Below, one piece after another: positions 18,393-28,527 of a stretch of 54,146 nt of DNA. The translations under genes were made by a program, and so were the position numbers. The DNA is from an uncultured archaeon (GTDB taxonomy: Archaea > Iainarchaeota > Iainarchaeia > JAADDC01). Positions within the stretch are counted from its first letter, which is position 1, and the number at the start of each line of letters is the position of its first letter. Under the pieces are notes generated by a model that saw only the letters and a program-made list of their open reading frames with translations, was not told the origin of the DNA and did no database searches. The stretch lies in NCBI GenBank assembly GCA_964451455.1, contig CAYVHT010000001.1, positions 1 to 54,146 on the forward strand. Reading direction: 5' to 3'.

Positions 18393-19511
18393 ATGATCAC
18401 GTTGAAGTCTGTCATTGATAGGGCCGTTAGGAAGGCGCGGGCCGAGGAGGCCGCAAAGACCCCGAAGGGCAAGGATGATGCTGACCTGGAGCAGTTTCTT
18501 CAGAGTGCAATGCCCGTGATAAAGGTCGTCGGCTGCGGAGGCGCGGGCAACAACACTGTTTCTCGCCTGCATGAGATGGGTGTAAAGGGTGCTGAACTTA
18601 TAGCCGTGAACACAGACGCTCAGCAGCTCGTATACACCCCTGCAGATAGGAAGATTCTCATAGGAAAGAGGACGCTCAAGGGTCTGGGTGCGGGATCAGA
18701 CCCGAGACTTGGAGAACAGGCAGCACAGGAAGACGCAGACGATATCAAAAAGGCAATAGAGGGTGCGCACCTCGTCTTCATCACAGCAGGCCTCGGGGGC
18801 GGTACAGGTTCCGGCTCCGCTCCAGTCGTGGCAGAGATAGCGAGAGAAGTGGGAGCGCTCACCGTAGCCATCGTAACCCTGCCGTTTTCCTCGGAGGGAA
18901 GGATGCGCCTTGAAAACGCCATAACTAGCCTTTCCAAGCTCCTCAAGACCGCAGACACAATTATCATCATTCCAAACGACAAGCTACTGGAAATAGCTCC
19001 AGACCTACCAATAAACGCGGCGTTTAAGGTCTCCGACGAGATCCTGGCAAACGCAATCAAGGGCATAACGGAGATGATCACTAAGCCGGGTCTAATCAAC
19101 CTGGACTTCAACGATCTCAAGACCGTTCTCGCAAAGGGCGGCCCAGCAGTAATCGGCCTCGGCGAGTCCCAGAACGACGGAGCCCCCGAAGACCGTGCAC
19201 TAGAAGCAGTGGAGGACGCGCTGGCATCCCCGCTGCTCGACGTAGACATCAGCGAGGCCGAGAGAGCGCTGGTCAACGTCGTGGGTGGCGCGGACATGAC
19301 CCTGAAAGAGGCGGAGATGATAGCAGAGGCGGTCCAGAGCAAGATACACCCAAGGGCGCACATCATTTGGGGTGCGATGATTGATCCAGAGATGCCCAAG
19401 AATCTAATCCAGACCATGATCGTCATATCCGGTGCCAGAATACCGTTCCTGCAGGACCTACAGGAGATAGCGGAAAAGCGCCTCAACCTTGATATAGATT
19501 TCGTAGAGTAA
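18393..19511 (+). CDS. ftsZ: Cell division GTPase FtsZ
   Basis: IKVVGCGGAGNN, tubulin signature GLGGGTGSGSAPVVA, NTDAQ. Confidence 0.95.
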   Translation: MITLKSVIDRAVRKARAEEAAKTPKGKDDADLEQFLQSAMPVIKVVGCGGAGNNTVSRLHEMGVKGAELIAVNTDAQQLVYTPADRKILIGKRTLKGLGAGSDPRLGEQAAQEDADDIKKAIEGAHLVFITAGLGGGTGSGSAPVVAEIAREVGALTVAIVTLPFSSEGRMRLENAITSLSKLLKTADTIIIIPNDKLLEIAPDLPINAAFKVSDEILANAIKGITEMITKPGLINLDFNDLKTVLAKGGPAVIGLGESQNDGAPEDRALEAVEDALASPLLDVDISEAERALVNVVGGADMTLKEAEMIAEAVQSKIHPRAHIIWGAMIDPEMPKNLIQTMIVISGARIPFLQDLQEIAEKRLNLDIDFVE

Positions 19512-19520
19512 GGTGTTGGT

Positions 19521-19697
19521 ATGAAGCTCAGGGAATTCATAGACCAATCAGTGCGCATATTCCGTATGGCAAAAAAGCCGACACCAGAGGAGTTCAAGCG
19601 TACAGCAAAGATTACTGGGCTCGGGATAACGATCCTCGGGGCCCTTGGATTCATAATCCATATGATAGTCTGGTTCATCCAGAACGGGGGTCAGTGA
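19521..19697 (+). CDS. secE: Preprotein translocase subunit SecE / Sec61-gamma (58 aa, below the ORF-track cutoff)
   Basis: Hand translation: MKLREFIDQSVRIFRMAKKPTPEEFKRTAKITGLGITILGALGFIIHMIVWFIQNGGQ. TGAATG junction with spt5. Conserved FtsZ-SecE-NusG-L11 order. Confidence 0.85.
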   Translation: MKLREFIDQSVRIFRMAKKPTPEEFKRTAKITGLGITILGALGFIIHMIVWFIQNGGQ

Positions 19698-20177
19698 ATG
19701 ACAGAGATGACGACAACAAAGATTTGGGGAGTTAGGACTACCGTAGGGCAAGAAGACATGGTAGCCACGCTCCTAGCAGAAAGATCAAAGAGGAAAATGG
19801 AAGAAGGAGAACAAGGACTGCTCGCGATTATCGTGCCACCACAGGTACGCGGCTATGTCCTCGTGGAGGCAATAGATGAAGTCACTGTGCGCAGGGTAAT
19901 CAGCGGCGTACCTCATGTGAAGGGCCTCATCGGCAGGGGCGCCATGGATGTCAAGGAGATCGAGCCCATGCTGGAAAGCAAGCCAATACTGGACGAGCTG
20001 AAGCCCGGATCCATTGTCCGCCTCGTGGCAGGACCATTCAAGGGATCCAAGGCAAAGATCCTCCGCGTGGACCCGCAGAAAGAAGAGGTCACCGTGGAGC
20101 TCCTGGAAACCGCGGTGAAGATTCCGATTACCGTAGAGGCTGAGAACGTAAGAATCGTAACGGAGGGAGAACAATGA
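19698..20177 (+). CDS. spt5: Transcription elongation factor Spt5 (NusG)
   Basis: NGN domain (IWGVRTTVGQE ... GYVLVEA) and KOW (GSIVRLVAGPFKGSKAKILRVD). Confidence 0.9.
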   Translation: MTEMTTTKIWGVRTTVGQEDMVATLLAERSKRKMEEGEQGLLAIIVPPQVRGYVLVEAIDEVTVRRVISGVPHVKGLIGRGAMDVKEIEPMLESKPILDELKPGSIVRLVAGPFKGSKAKILRVDPQKEEVTVELLETAVKIPITVEAENVRIVTEGEQ

Positions 20178-20647
20178 CAGTAGAGCTCAAATTCAACGTA
20201 CCCGGTGGAAAGGCTACGCCAGGACCGCCCATTGGTCCAGCCCTTGGTCCACTGGGTATAAACGCAGGGAAAGTCGTTGCAGACATAAACAAAGCAACTG
20301 CCAAGTTCGCTGGCATGAACGTGCCAGTCATACTCAAGATAGACCCTGCAACGAAGGAGTACGAGATAGAGATAGGCAAGCCTTACGTCAGCGCGCTCGC
20401 GCTGAAGAAGATAGGGAAGGAAAAAGGCTCTGGAAAGCCAGGGACTGAGTTTGTAGGGAATATGAGCCTGGATGACGTGGTAGAGATAGCAAAGGAAAAG
20501 ATTGACCAGATGAATACCACGTCCCTCAAGTCCGCCGTCATGACAGTGCTCGGGACCCTCGTGTCCGTGGGAATAAAGGTAGACGGCAAGGACCCCAAGG
20601 AAGTCCAGGCAGATATCCGAGCTGGAAAGATTCAGCTCGGAGAATAA
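20174..20647 (+). CDS. rpl11: Ribosomal protein L11 (uL11)
   Basis: GKATPGPPIGPALGPLGIN motif. ATGA overlap with spt5. Confidence 0.92.
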   Translation: MTVELKFNVPGGKATPGPPIGPALGPLGINAGKVVADINKATAKFAGMNVPVILKIDPATKEYEIEIGKPYVSALALKKIGKEKGSGKPGTEFVGNMSLDDVVEIAKEKIDQMNTTSLKSAVMTVLGTLVSVGIKVDGKDPKEVQADIRAGKIQLGE

Positions 20648-20670
20648 CCCTTTTAATCCCTTTTATCCCC
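20648..20670 (+). terminator. cccttttaatcccttttatcccc after the L11 stop (oligo-T terminator and/or L1 promoter A/T boxes)
   Basis: Two tandem CCCTTTTA units directly after the stop at 20647. Confidence 0.35.
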
Positions 20671-20721
20671 GCTTCATAGGTACCCCGCGGTACCGCCAGA
20701 GGCGGGAGGGGTGGATGCATC

Positions 20722-21381
20722 ATGGCAGAGCTAGTATCAAAGGAGAAATTTAAGGCGGCAATCCAGGAAGCAATCGAGAAGAGAAAGCCCCGCAAGTTCT
20801 TGGAGTCCGTAGAAATGTCCATAAACTTCAGAAACATCGACTTCAAGAAGCCAGAGAATAGAATCGAAGTGTCCGTCACGCTGCCAAAGGGCAGAGGGAA
20901 GCATGTGCGCGTAGGCGTCTTCGCTGACAAGGCCCTGGCGGCAGAGCTGAAGAAGACCGACATAGTAGACGGCATCATTACGAAGGAAGAAATAGAGCAA
21001 ATGGACAAAAAGGCAGCCAAGAAACTTGCGGAGCAATATGATTACTTCCTGGCAGAACCCAGCCTGATGGTTCTGATTGCAAAGAAACTCGGACAGGTGC
21101 TTGGTCCGAGAAAGAAGATGCCCCAACCCGTGCCACCGAACGTCAAGGCGCTAGAAGCACGGGTAAAGGCGCTGAGAAACACGATTCTCGTGTCAAACAA
21201 GAAGGGCAAATACCTGCCGGTGGTCCATGCACCCATCGGCACGGTTGAGATGCCCGTGGATGACCTAGCAGAAAACGCAATGGCGGTGTACAACGCAGTG
21301 ATCAACAAGCTGCCCAGCGAACAGAACGTCAAGTCGGTATACGTGAAAACAACGATGGGGCCCGCCGTGAGGGTGATCTAA
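20722..21381 (+). CDS. rpl1: Ribosomal protein L1 (uL1)
   Basis: RKFLESVEMSINF ... VTLPKGRGK ... typical L1. Operon position. Confidence 0.92.
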   Translation: MAELVSKEKFKAAIQEAIEKRKPRKFLESVEMSINFRNIDFKKPENRIEVSVTLPKGRGKHVRVGVFADKALAAELKKTDIVDGIITKEEIEQMDKKAAKKLAEQYDYFLAEPSLMVLIAKKLGQVLGPRKKMPQPVPPNVKALEARVKALRNTILVSNKKGKYLPVVHAPIGTVEMPVDDLAENAMAVYNAVINKLPSEQNVKSVYVKTTMGPAVRVI

Positions 21382-21382
21382 A

Positions 21383-22381
21383 ATGGTGCGCAAAAACATA
21401 CTCAAGAAGCAGAAGGTCGTTCAAGAGCTAGTTGAGCTTCTGAGCAGCGGCAAAACAATAGCAGTAGCAGACGTAACGGGCGTCCCAGCGAAGTTGCTCC
21501 AAGAAGCAAGAAAAGGCACCCATGGTAAGGCCAGAATAAAGGTCGTGAAGAAACGGCTCCTCCTGCGCGCGCTGGAACAGCTCAAAGACAAGCGACCCAA
21601 CATTGAAGGCCTAGAAAAGCACGTTGGCGGACAGGTGGCAGTGATTGTCTCTGACGAAGATCCGTTCCGCGTGTTCAAGCTGTTCAAGCAATACGTCGAG
21701 TACTTGCCTGTGAAACCGGGAACTATTGCAGAGCAGGATATCGTCGTTCCAAAGGGCGTCTCTGGTGTCCCTGCACCGATGATCGCAGAAATAAAGTCAG
21801 CGGGCATTCCCAGCAAGGTCAGCAAGGGTTTCGTTGAAGTCACAGAGAACTATGTTGCAGTAAAGGCAGGAGAGGAAGTGTCCGCGCACATAGCGAAGGC
21901 ACTGGCACTCTTAGACGTTAAGCCCGTAGAGGCAAGGGTTAAGATCAACGCCGCGTGGAACGAAGGAATGGTATTCACCCGTGACGTGCTCGACGTCTCT
22001 GTAGAGCAAATCCTCGCAGATATGGCAAAGGCTGCGGGCCAGGCCCTCAACCTCGCCGTCAATGCAGGGTATTCCACGAAGAAGAGTATGCCTTTGCTCA
22101 TAGCGAAGGCCCATATGAACGCGCTCAACCTGGCGCTTAACGCAGGCATCGTGAACAAGAAGACCGTGGACAAGATCATTGCAAAGGCGAGGGCACAGGC
22201 GCTGGCACTTGCCAGCCGCTTGCCTGAAGACGTCCTAGACGAGAAAGCAAAGGCTGCAGTCCAGAGCATGGCTGCAGCAGCTCCTGCCCCCCAGCCGGAG
22301 GAGACAAAGGCTGAGGAGCAGGAAGAGGAGGAAAACAAAGAAGAGGAGGCCGCCGCAGGCCTCGCGTCCCTGTTCGGTTAA
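21383..22381 (+). CDS. rplP0: Ribosomal stalk protein P0 (uL10)
   Basis: 332 aa. C-terminal acidic tail [19 protein letters not shown]. Confidence 0.92.
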   Translation: MVRKNILKKQKVVQELVELLSSGKTIAVADVTGVPAKLLQEARKGTHGKARIKVVKKRLLLRALEQLKDKRPNIEGLEKHVGGQVAVIVSDEDPFRVFKLFKQYVEYLPVKPGTIAEQDIVVPKGVSGVPAPMIAEIKSAGIPSKVSKGFVEVTENYVAVKAGEEVSAHIAKALALLDVKPVEARVKINAAWNEGMVFTRDVLDVSVEQILADMAKAAGQALNLAVNAGYSTKKSMPLLIAKAHMNALNLALNAGIVNKKTVDKIIAKARAQALALASRLPEDVLDEKAKAAVQSMAAAAPAPQPEETKAEEQEEEENKEEEAAAGLASLFG

Positions 22382-22395
22382 AGGAGGTGGAAAAT

Positions 22396-22707
22396 ATGGA
22401 ATACGTGTATGCAGCACTCCTCCTGCACGAGGCAGGCAAGGAGATTAACGAGGAGAACCTGAAGAAGGTCATCGAAGCCGCCGGCATCGAGGCAGACGAG
22501 GCTCGCATCAAGGCGCTCGTCAGCGCCCTTGAGGGTGTAGACATCGAGGAAGCAATCAGCCAGGCAGCAATGCCTGTGGCTGCTGCCCCTGCCGCCGCAG
22601 CAGCTGCGCCCGCAGCGGCAGAGGAGAAGAAGGAAGAGAAGTCCGAAGAGGACGAGGAGAAGAAGGAAGAGGAGGCAGCAGCTGGCCTCGCGTCCCTGTT
22701 CGGGTGA
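22396..22707 (+). CDS. rpl12: Ribosomal stalk protein P1 (aP1/L12)
   Basis: [19 protein letters not shown]. Ala-rich hinge. Tail [25 protein letters not shown] before ATG 22396. Confidence 0.92.
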   Translation: MEYVYAALLLHEAGKEINEENLKKVIEAAGIEADEARIKALVSALEGVDIEEAISQAAMPVAAAPAAAAAAPAAAEEKKEEKSEEDEEKKEEEAAAGLASLFG

Positions 22708-22736
22708 TGTAAACGAAAGAGAGGGACAAGAGCTCG

Positions 22737-23021
22737 GTGTATCTGGCGCTCGTGGTCCGATACATGGCGCACTGGAGCACCGAGCTCACTCACATTCTTT
22801 TCTTTGTGACAACAATACTCATTCTCGGCATACTGGAAATCGGGCATATGGATGGAACAGTGGTGTTCTCATACCACAAACACGGCATAGAGTTAAGCGT
22901 GACGATATATCACATACTGCTGGCGACAATTGCAATCATGCTGATAGCGATCGGCTGGATGGAATACAAGAGAGAGCAGCTAGAGCAGATCATACAAGAA
23001 TTCCTTGAGAGAAAAGAGTAG
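22737..23021 (+). CDS. Small 2-TM membrane protein, unknown function
   Basis: 94-aa ORF (GTG start; an alternative is ATG 22764). Two hydrophobic helices and a charged C-terminus. Confidence 0.4.
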   Translation: MYLALVVRYMAHWSTELTHILFFVTTILILGILEIGHMDGTVVFSYHKHGIELSVTIYHILLATIAIMLIAIGWMEYKREQLEQIIQEFLERKE

Positions 23022-23062
23022 CGTTCCAAAACCCTTAAAACCTTCGCAGCGATTATCTTCTC

Positions 23063-25150
23063 ATGAAACGAGTAGTGCCAATTCTGGCATTTATCTTGAT
23101 CATCACAGGCGCCTTAGCAATAGATGCAAATATGTACATATTCGCAGTGGGAAGCAATGGGGAGGGAATCCCCGCCACGTTGCACGTTCACGTGGTCCCG
23201 GGATCCGGTCAAATAGGCATCACCATTGGCAGCTCAATCGTTGGCCAGGACACTCAAGAGTCCGTGCGCTACGCAATCCAGGCAGCGGCAGAGGAGGCAA
23301 ACGTAGACTGGCACAAGTATGACTACCTCGTGACCATAGATGCAAAGGCAAAAGAAATAGAAGGACCCTCCGCAGGCCTACCCATGGCTCTCCTTTTCTA
23401 CAGCATATTTACAAACAAACCACTCCCGCCATACGTCAGTGGAACTGGCGAGATATATCCGGACGGAACAGTGTACCCAGTCGGCGGCGTGTTCGAGAAG
23501 GCGCAGGCAGCCCATGAGGTGGGCATAAAGGTATTCATAATACCGGCAAAAGACGTAAACGCGACGGCCGAAGTGCCAGAAGAGATCGCTCCTGGCATCG
23601 TGGAAAAAGTTGTCAAGACCGTGAACATGGTGGACTATGCAAAGAAGAACTGGGGCATGACTGTTGTGCCTGTGGAAACACTATCAGAAGCTGTGGCCGC
23701 AGCCTACGGCAAGACGCCCGAAAACTCCCCGCCCGTTACACCCCCAAGCGCTGAAATCCTCCAAAACTTCACACCGCCTGAATACAACGCTACCAAAAGC
23801 AAGGAATTCCAGAAGCTGGCACAGAACATGATTGAGAATGCCTTGAAAACGGTAAAAGAAGCAAAGGAATGCAACACGCTTATCCTTCGCGATAAGCAGA
23901 TCGCGAACTACTTGACTAGCAGCCTACAGACTGCGACAGAACAGGTACAGCAAGCCCAGCGGCTCATAGATGCTGGGTACTACTATACAGCAGCAAACTA
24001 CGCATTCCTAGCAGAAATAAGCGCGAAGATGTACTATATGGTCTGTCAGCACCCATCTGCGTTGGATCCACAAAGCATAGTCTTTCAGGACTACTACCAG
24101 AGTGTCAAGAGCAAGGAAAAACACGTAGAAGAGCTACTGTCTGACGCAAACATAAATAAGGCGAATTTCGCGTGGATCGGTGGCGCTCGCGTTAGGTACA
24201 TTCGCGCGGAAAGTGCAATAAAATCCGTAACTCAAGGCGGTATGAATCCGCTGAGCGCATTACAGCAACTAATATCTGCAGATGAGTGGCTAGATAGCGC
24301 CATTGCCATGTATAACGTGGGACGGGCGAAAGAAGGGCCCGAGCTGGCAAACCTAGACCAAATAGCAAAACAATCAGTCATAGCAGTGGAGGACATACAG
24401 GAGATGACGAACACAGATGACCCAATGATTGCAGAGCGCATAGCGTGGGCGAGAGAGGCGTACAACAAGGGCTGGTACTACGCTGCGGCAATGGAGGCAG
24501 CCTCCGCAGAGGGCATTGCACTTGGAGACATACAATCAAAATCTGGCGAGGTCACAAAGAAACTATCGGAGATTATGTCTCAAAAGTTCCAACCCGCTGG
24601 GCTCTGGAGCGATCTGTATTACGCGCACGCTAAATACTACTACGAGGCCATGAAAGCATACCTCAAGGAGGATCAGAAAAGCAAGGCAGAAGACATGGCG
24701 AAGACGGGAATCCAGATATACGAGATGGCCAAATACATAAACCAAGTAGATAAGAGCATCACTGCCGCGCCAACAGTCACCGTGGTTACGAAGAGAGAGG
24801 GATTCTCCTTGGGTACAAACATTCAATCGCTTGGCCAAGACAAGCTCAAGACCCTTGCAGCTCTGGCAATCATCGCTAGCTTCCTCCTAATACTGCTGGT
24901 AGTGCAAACAGGTCGGCAAGCAGCAAAAAACAAGGAAAGCAAAAAAACAAACAAAGTAAGCAAGGATGAGATAAAGAAGGAACACCAATACCACCACAAA
25001 ATCATTCAACTAGAGGCAGAGCTGAGAAAAGTGGAAAAGGCAGCAAAAGAGGGAAACCCAGAGGCAAAGAAGCGCGCAGCAACAATAAAAAGGCAAATCG
25101 GCAGGTATCGGAGGCTTATTGAAAAGATAAGAGAAGAAAAAAGGCGCTAG
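23063..25150 (+). CDS. Signal-anchored Lon-type (S16, COG1750-like) serine protease domain fused to a long helical region, a C-terminal TM and a Lys-rich tail
   Basis: N-terminal signal/TM MKRVVPILAFILIITGALA. EIEGPSAGLPMALLFYS (Ser) and GGVFEKAQAAHEVGIKVFIIP (Lys) form a Lon Ser-Lys dyad pattern. TM LAALAIIASFLLILLVV near residue 610. Tail KNKESKKTNKVSKDEIKK. Confidence 0.7.
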   Translation: MKRVVPILAFILIITGALAIDANMYIFAVGSNGEGIPATLHVHVVPGSGQIGITIGSSIVGQDTQESVRYAIQAAAEEANVDWHKYDYLVTIDAKAKEIEGPSAGLPMALLFYSIFTNKPLPPYVSGTGEIYPDGTVYPVGGVFEKAQAAHEVGIKVFIIPAKDVNATAEVPEEIAPGIVEKVVKTVNMVDYAKKNWGMTVVPVETLSEAVAAAYGKTPENSPPVTPPSAEILQNFTPPEYNATKSKEFQKLAQNMIENALKTVKEAKECNTLILRDKQIANYLTSSLQTATEQVQQAQRLIDAGYYYTAANYAFLAEISAKMYYMVCQHPSALDPQSIVFQDYYQSVKSKEKHVEELLSDANINKANFAWIGGARVRYIRAESAIKSVTQGGMNPLSALQQLISADEWLDSAIAMYNVGRAKEGPELANLDQIAKQSVIAVEDIQEMTNTDDPMIAERIAWAREAYNKGWYYAAAMEAASAEGIALGDIQSKSGEVTKKLSEIMSQKFQPAGLWSDLYYAHAKYYYEAMKAYLKEDQKSKAEDMAKTGIQIYEMAKYINQVDKSITAAPTVTVVTKREGFSLGTNIQSLGQDKLKTLAALAIIASFLLILLVVQTGRQAAKNKESKKTNKVSKDEIKKEHQYHHKIIQLEAELRKVEKAAKEGNPEAKKRAATIKRQIGRYRRLIEKIREEKRR

Positions 25151-28100
25151 AGCTTGACCTCCACTGCAGAACTCCCATCTTTTTTCATATATACGCCGAT
25201 AACTTGGTCTGCTTCCTTGAGGAAAGCGTCCCTATGAGATACAACGATAAACTGAGTATTCTGTGACAAACGCTTGACGAAACGGGCTACCTTCTCCACA
25301 TTCCTCTTGTCCAAGGCTTGGTCGGGCTCGTCAAGTATGTAAAAAGCAGCAGGCTGGGTCAACGCAATGGCAAGGATGAACGCAATAGCAACCATTGCCT
25401 TCTCGCCGCCGCTCATGGCGTCTATATTCTGGAGATCTTTCCCCTTGGGCCTGGCCTCAATGATAAGGCCAGAATTGAATATGTCCGACTCGTCGGAGAT
25501 GCGTAGATCCGCCTCCCCATCCTCCAGCTCCTTGTAAACTTCCTTAAACCTCTTGCGTATTGCAATGAACGTATCCATAAATGCCTTCTCCTTCTTGCGC
25601 TCAAGTTCATTCATGAGCTCCAAGACAGCCTTCTTTTCCTCCTCTAGCTTTGCAATGCGCCCTTCCACCTCTTCAATCCGTTCTTTTGCTTCCTCATATT
25701 CGTCTATAGCCCTCATGTTTACCGGCTCGAGAGCGCGGATCTCGTCAAGAATCTCAGATATTCGCGCATTTGGATCGGGGGGCAAAGGCTCAAGTGGTTC
25801 CACCCCGTGGTATTCTGAAAGATCGGCATCCAGCTCGGCAAGGTTAGAAACGAGCGAGTCTCGCTTAGACTCCAACTGGATGCGCTCTCTATACAGTAGT
25901 TCCTTCTTCTTGCCCAGCTCTCCCTGCATAGACAGGACTTCTCGAAGTTCAGCGTCAAGAGCCTCCTTCTTCTCGTGGAGCTTCTGAAGCTTATCACGCA
26001 CGGAACCAGCCTGCTTCTCTGCTTCAACGAGCTGTTGTTCCAAGCGTTCCAACTCACCTCTGACAGAATCCATCTCCAAGACAATCTCGTCTTTCCTGCG
26101 GGAAAGCTGCTCAAGACGCTCCGTAATTTCTTTTATCTGCTCGTCCAAGTACTTCAATCGCTCTTCCTTCTCTTTAACCACCAATGCGAGCTCGGATACC
26201 TCCCTTGAAAGAACGTCCTGCTCTTGGCGAAGAACAGAGAGCCGATTAAACAAAGCCAAGGAATCCTTTCCTTCTCCGCGCTTCAGACTCTGAGTGATCT
26301 GAGCCTTCTGCATCTCCAAGTCCGAAATCTGGTTGGCAAGGGCCTCCATCTCCCGCTCTATCTCCTCCATCCGCTCCTGAAGCTTGGCAAAAACGGAATT
26401 ATCGCCAATAGGTGCGGACTCTATGAACTTCTTCAACTCCGTTTTCTTCGCGTTCAGCTCAGAGATACGGGAAGAAACGGATCGCACTCTGTCGCGCACT
26501 TCGTACAGGCGAGCGAGGATCTGCTTTGCCTCCGCCTCCGCTTCCTCAAGCTCTTTCTTCTTTTCCTGTGCAGAGATTACGCTCAAGAGGTTAAAAGAAC
26601 GTCTACGTGCTCCACCGCTCATGATACCGGATCGTTCCACCACATCTCCGTCCAGCGTGACTGCCCGGTACTTCCCAGCCAAGCGCTTGGCGTTGTCTAC
26701 GTTGTCAACAACGACAGTGTCCCCGAAAACGTAAGCCATTGCCCTTGCATACTTTTCGTCATAGCGCACGAAGTCCAACGCTCTCCCCAGCACCCCCGGA
26801 GAACGAGGGACATCTGTAAGCCTCGCAGCAACGCGATCCATGGGAATGAAGGTGGCCGAGCCGAGGTTGTGGCGCTTCAAGTATTTTATGGCCTCCGCGG
26901 CAGCATCGGCCGTGTCCACGACTATATAAAAAAGCCTTCTCCCGGCAGCAGTTTCCACCGCCGTCGCATGCTGCTTATCATACTTCACAAGGCGGAAAAC
27001 GTAATCGTGAATGCCAAAGAGCTCCCCCCGCTTCTGAGCCGCCTTTAGCTGGTTCAGGATCTGCGTGTCAACGCCCAAAGATCTAAGAACATTGGCTGCG
27101 CCCCTAAGGGAACCGACTTCCTCTCTAAGCTCCTTTATACAATCCTGTAAAGCCAAGTATTGCTGGTTTAGAGAACGCTCCAGGTCAAATATTTCCTTTC
27201 GGCTACGCTCAAGATCTGTCAAATCCTTCTCGATCTTCGCAAGCTCTTCCTTAGCTTTCTGAACCTTCTCCAAGAGTGCTTGCTCCTTCTTGCTCATCTC
27301 TTGGCGCGTGTTGTACTCCGAGGTTATCCTCGCATGCTCCTCGCGCAGCTCGGTGAATTTCTTCTTCAGCTCATCAAGCTTCTGCTCTATTTCAAGGAGC
27401 TGGGCCTGTTTTGACTTGGATTCGGACTCAATGACATTTATTTGTGCTGTAAGTTCGTCAATCTGTTTCGTTACGGCTTCAAGCTTCGCGTCTTTCTCCT
27501 CCTTGCGGATTCTTGCGTCGGACAGGTCCGAAAAAACATTATCCCGCTCCGTGATAAGTCGCTCTTTCTTTGTGGTGAGCTTTATGATCTCGTCCTTTAT
27601 ACGTTCCAACTCGGCCTGAAGCGATTCAAGAGTAGTCTGATTACGCATGAGCTCCTGGCGCAGAGACTCCACGCGTCCCTCGCCCATTCTCGAATAAATT
27701 TCACGGATATCTGCATTCACACGTTCAAGTTCTTCTTCAAGAGCCTTTTGCTTCTCCCGGAGGGCCGAGATCTGAGCATCAACGCTTTCCAGTTCCTTGG
27801 AAACGCCATCTAATCTTTGAGCGACCCTTTCCTTTGCGTGGGTGAGCTCCTCCCTGCGCTTAAGAAGAAGTGCCTTGCGAAGAGCCTTTAGCTCCCCGTT
27901 AAGCTCTTGGTAACGGAGGGCAGCATCCCTCTCTGCCTTGAGTTTCTCCAAAATAGCCTTTCTCTCACCCAGAACAATCTCAGCATCCTTTATCTTCTCC
28001 TCAACGGCATCCAACTCCTTCAATGCTTCCTGCTTCCTCTCCTCGTACTCTGCTACGCCCGCCACCTCATCTATGATCGTTCTCCGCTCCCTGGGCGTCA

Positions 28101-28527
28101 TCTTGATGATCTTCGTTATCTCGCCCTGAAGGACGATGTTATAGCCGTTAGGCGACAGGCCCAGAGAAGCGAGAACAGAGAGGATGTGGGAGCGCGTCGT
28201 CCTCTTCCCGTTCAGGCGATAAACAGACTGCCCCTTCTTGTTAATCTCGCGGGTGATCGAGTATTTCTGTCCGTCAGGGCCTATAAAGTCCACCGTAACT
28301 ATTGCCTTGCCGTCCCGAGCGTGGATATTCACCAGATCGTGCAGACGGGACGCACGAATAAGCTTGAGCCTGCCTTCACCCAGAACGAAGACTATCGCAT
28401 CTATGATGTTGCTCTTGCCAGAACCATTGGGACCCATGATAGCAGTGAAGCCCGGTGCGAAGGGGATAGACGCGTTGCGGAAGGACTTGAAGTTGTGAAG
28501 TGTGAGACGTTCCAATCGGGCGGGCAT
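25147..28527 (-). CDS. smc: Chromosome segregation ATPase SMC
   Basis: MPARLERLTLHNFKSF..GPNGSGKSN (Walker A), long coiled coils, hinge (GIHDYVFRL...), SGGEKAMVA signature, FYILDEPD Walker B. ORF trimmed from 28608 to ATG 28527. Confidence 0.93.
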   Translation of the reverse strand: MPARLERLTLHNFKSFRNASIPFAPGFTAIMGPNGSGKSNIIDAIVFVLGEGRLKLIRASRLHDLVNIHARDGKAIVTVDFIGPDGQKYSITREINKKGQSVYRLNGKRTTRSHILSVLASLGLSPNGYNIVLQGEITKIIKMTPRERRTIIDEVAGVAEYEERKQEALKELDAVEEKIKDAEIVLGERKAILEKLKAERDAALRYQELNGELKALRKALLLKRREELTHAKERVAQRLDGVSKELESVDAQISALREKQKALEEELERVNADIREIYSRMGEGRVESLRQELMRNQTTLESLQAELERIKDEIIKLTTKKERLITERDNVFSDLSDARIRKEEKDAKLEAVTKQIDELTAQINVIESESKSKQAQLLEIEQKLDELKKKFTELREEHARITSEYNTRQEMSKKEQALLEKVQKAKEELAKIEKDLTDLERSRKEIFDLERSLNQQYLALQDCIKELREEVGSLRGAANVLRSLGVDTQILNQLKAAQKRGELFGIHDYVFRLVKYDKQHATAVETAAGRRLFYIVVDTADAAAEAIKYLKRHNLGSATFIPMDRVAARLTDVPRSPGVLGRALDFVRYDEKYARAMAYVFGDTVVVDNVDNAKRLAGKYRAVTLDGDVVERSGIMSGGARRRSFNLLSVISAQEKKKELEEAEAEAKQILARLYEVRDRVRSVSSRISELNAKKTELKKFIESAPIGDNSVFAKLQERMEEIEREMEALANQISDLEMQKAQITQSLKRGEGKDSLALFNRLSVLRQEQDVLSREVSELALVVKEKEERLKYLDEQIKEITERLEQLSRRKDEIVLEMDSVRGELERLEQQLVEAEKQAGSVRDKLQKLHEKKEALDAELREVLSMQGELGKKKELLYRERIQLESKRDSLVSNLAELDADLSEYHGVEPLEPLPPDPNARISEILDEIRALEPVNMRAIDEYEEAKERIEEVEGRIAKLEEEKKAVLELMNELERKKEKAFMDTFIAIRKRFKEVYKELEDGEADLRISDESDIFNSGLIIEARPKGKDLQNIDAMSGGEKAMVAIAFILAIALTQPAAFYILDEPDQALDKRNVEKVARFVKRLSQNTQFIVVSHRDAFLKEADQVIGVYMKKDGSSAVEVKL

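Noticed and set aside
18620-19678. 352-aa minus-strand ORF covering almost all of ftsZ
   Set aside because: It is antisense to an unambiguous FtsZ and has Ser/Ala/Pro/Arg-rich low-complexity translation with no motifs. It is a typical shadow ORF.
20671-20721. Two small hairpins (GGTACC-ccgc-GGTACC; CCGCC-aga-GGCGG) in the L1 5' region as an L1 autoregulatory 23S-mimic site
   Set aside because: L1 autoregulation is known in methanogens, but I cannot match the sequence here to the L1-binding consensus from memory. The GGGAGG may simply be the SD. Not supportable without alignment to this organism's 23S L1 stalk.
22348-22707. Near-identical ~35-nt repeat at the 3' ends of the P0 and P1 genes
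   Set aside because: It encodes the conserved stalk-protein tail [13 protein letters not shown] that P0 and P1 share in all archaea. This is expected biology.
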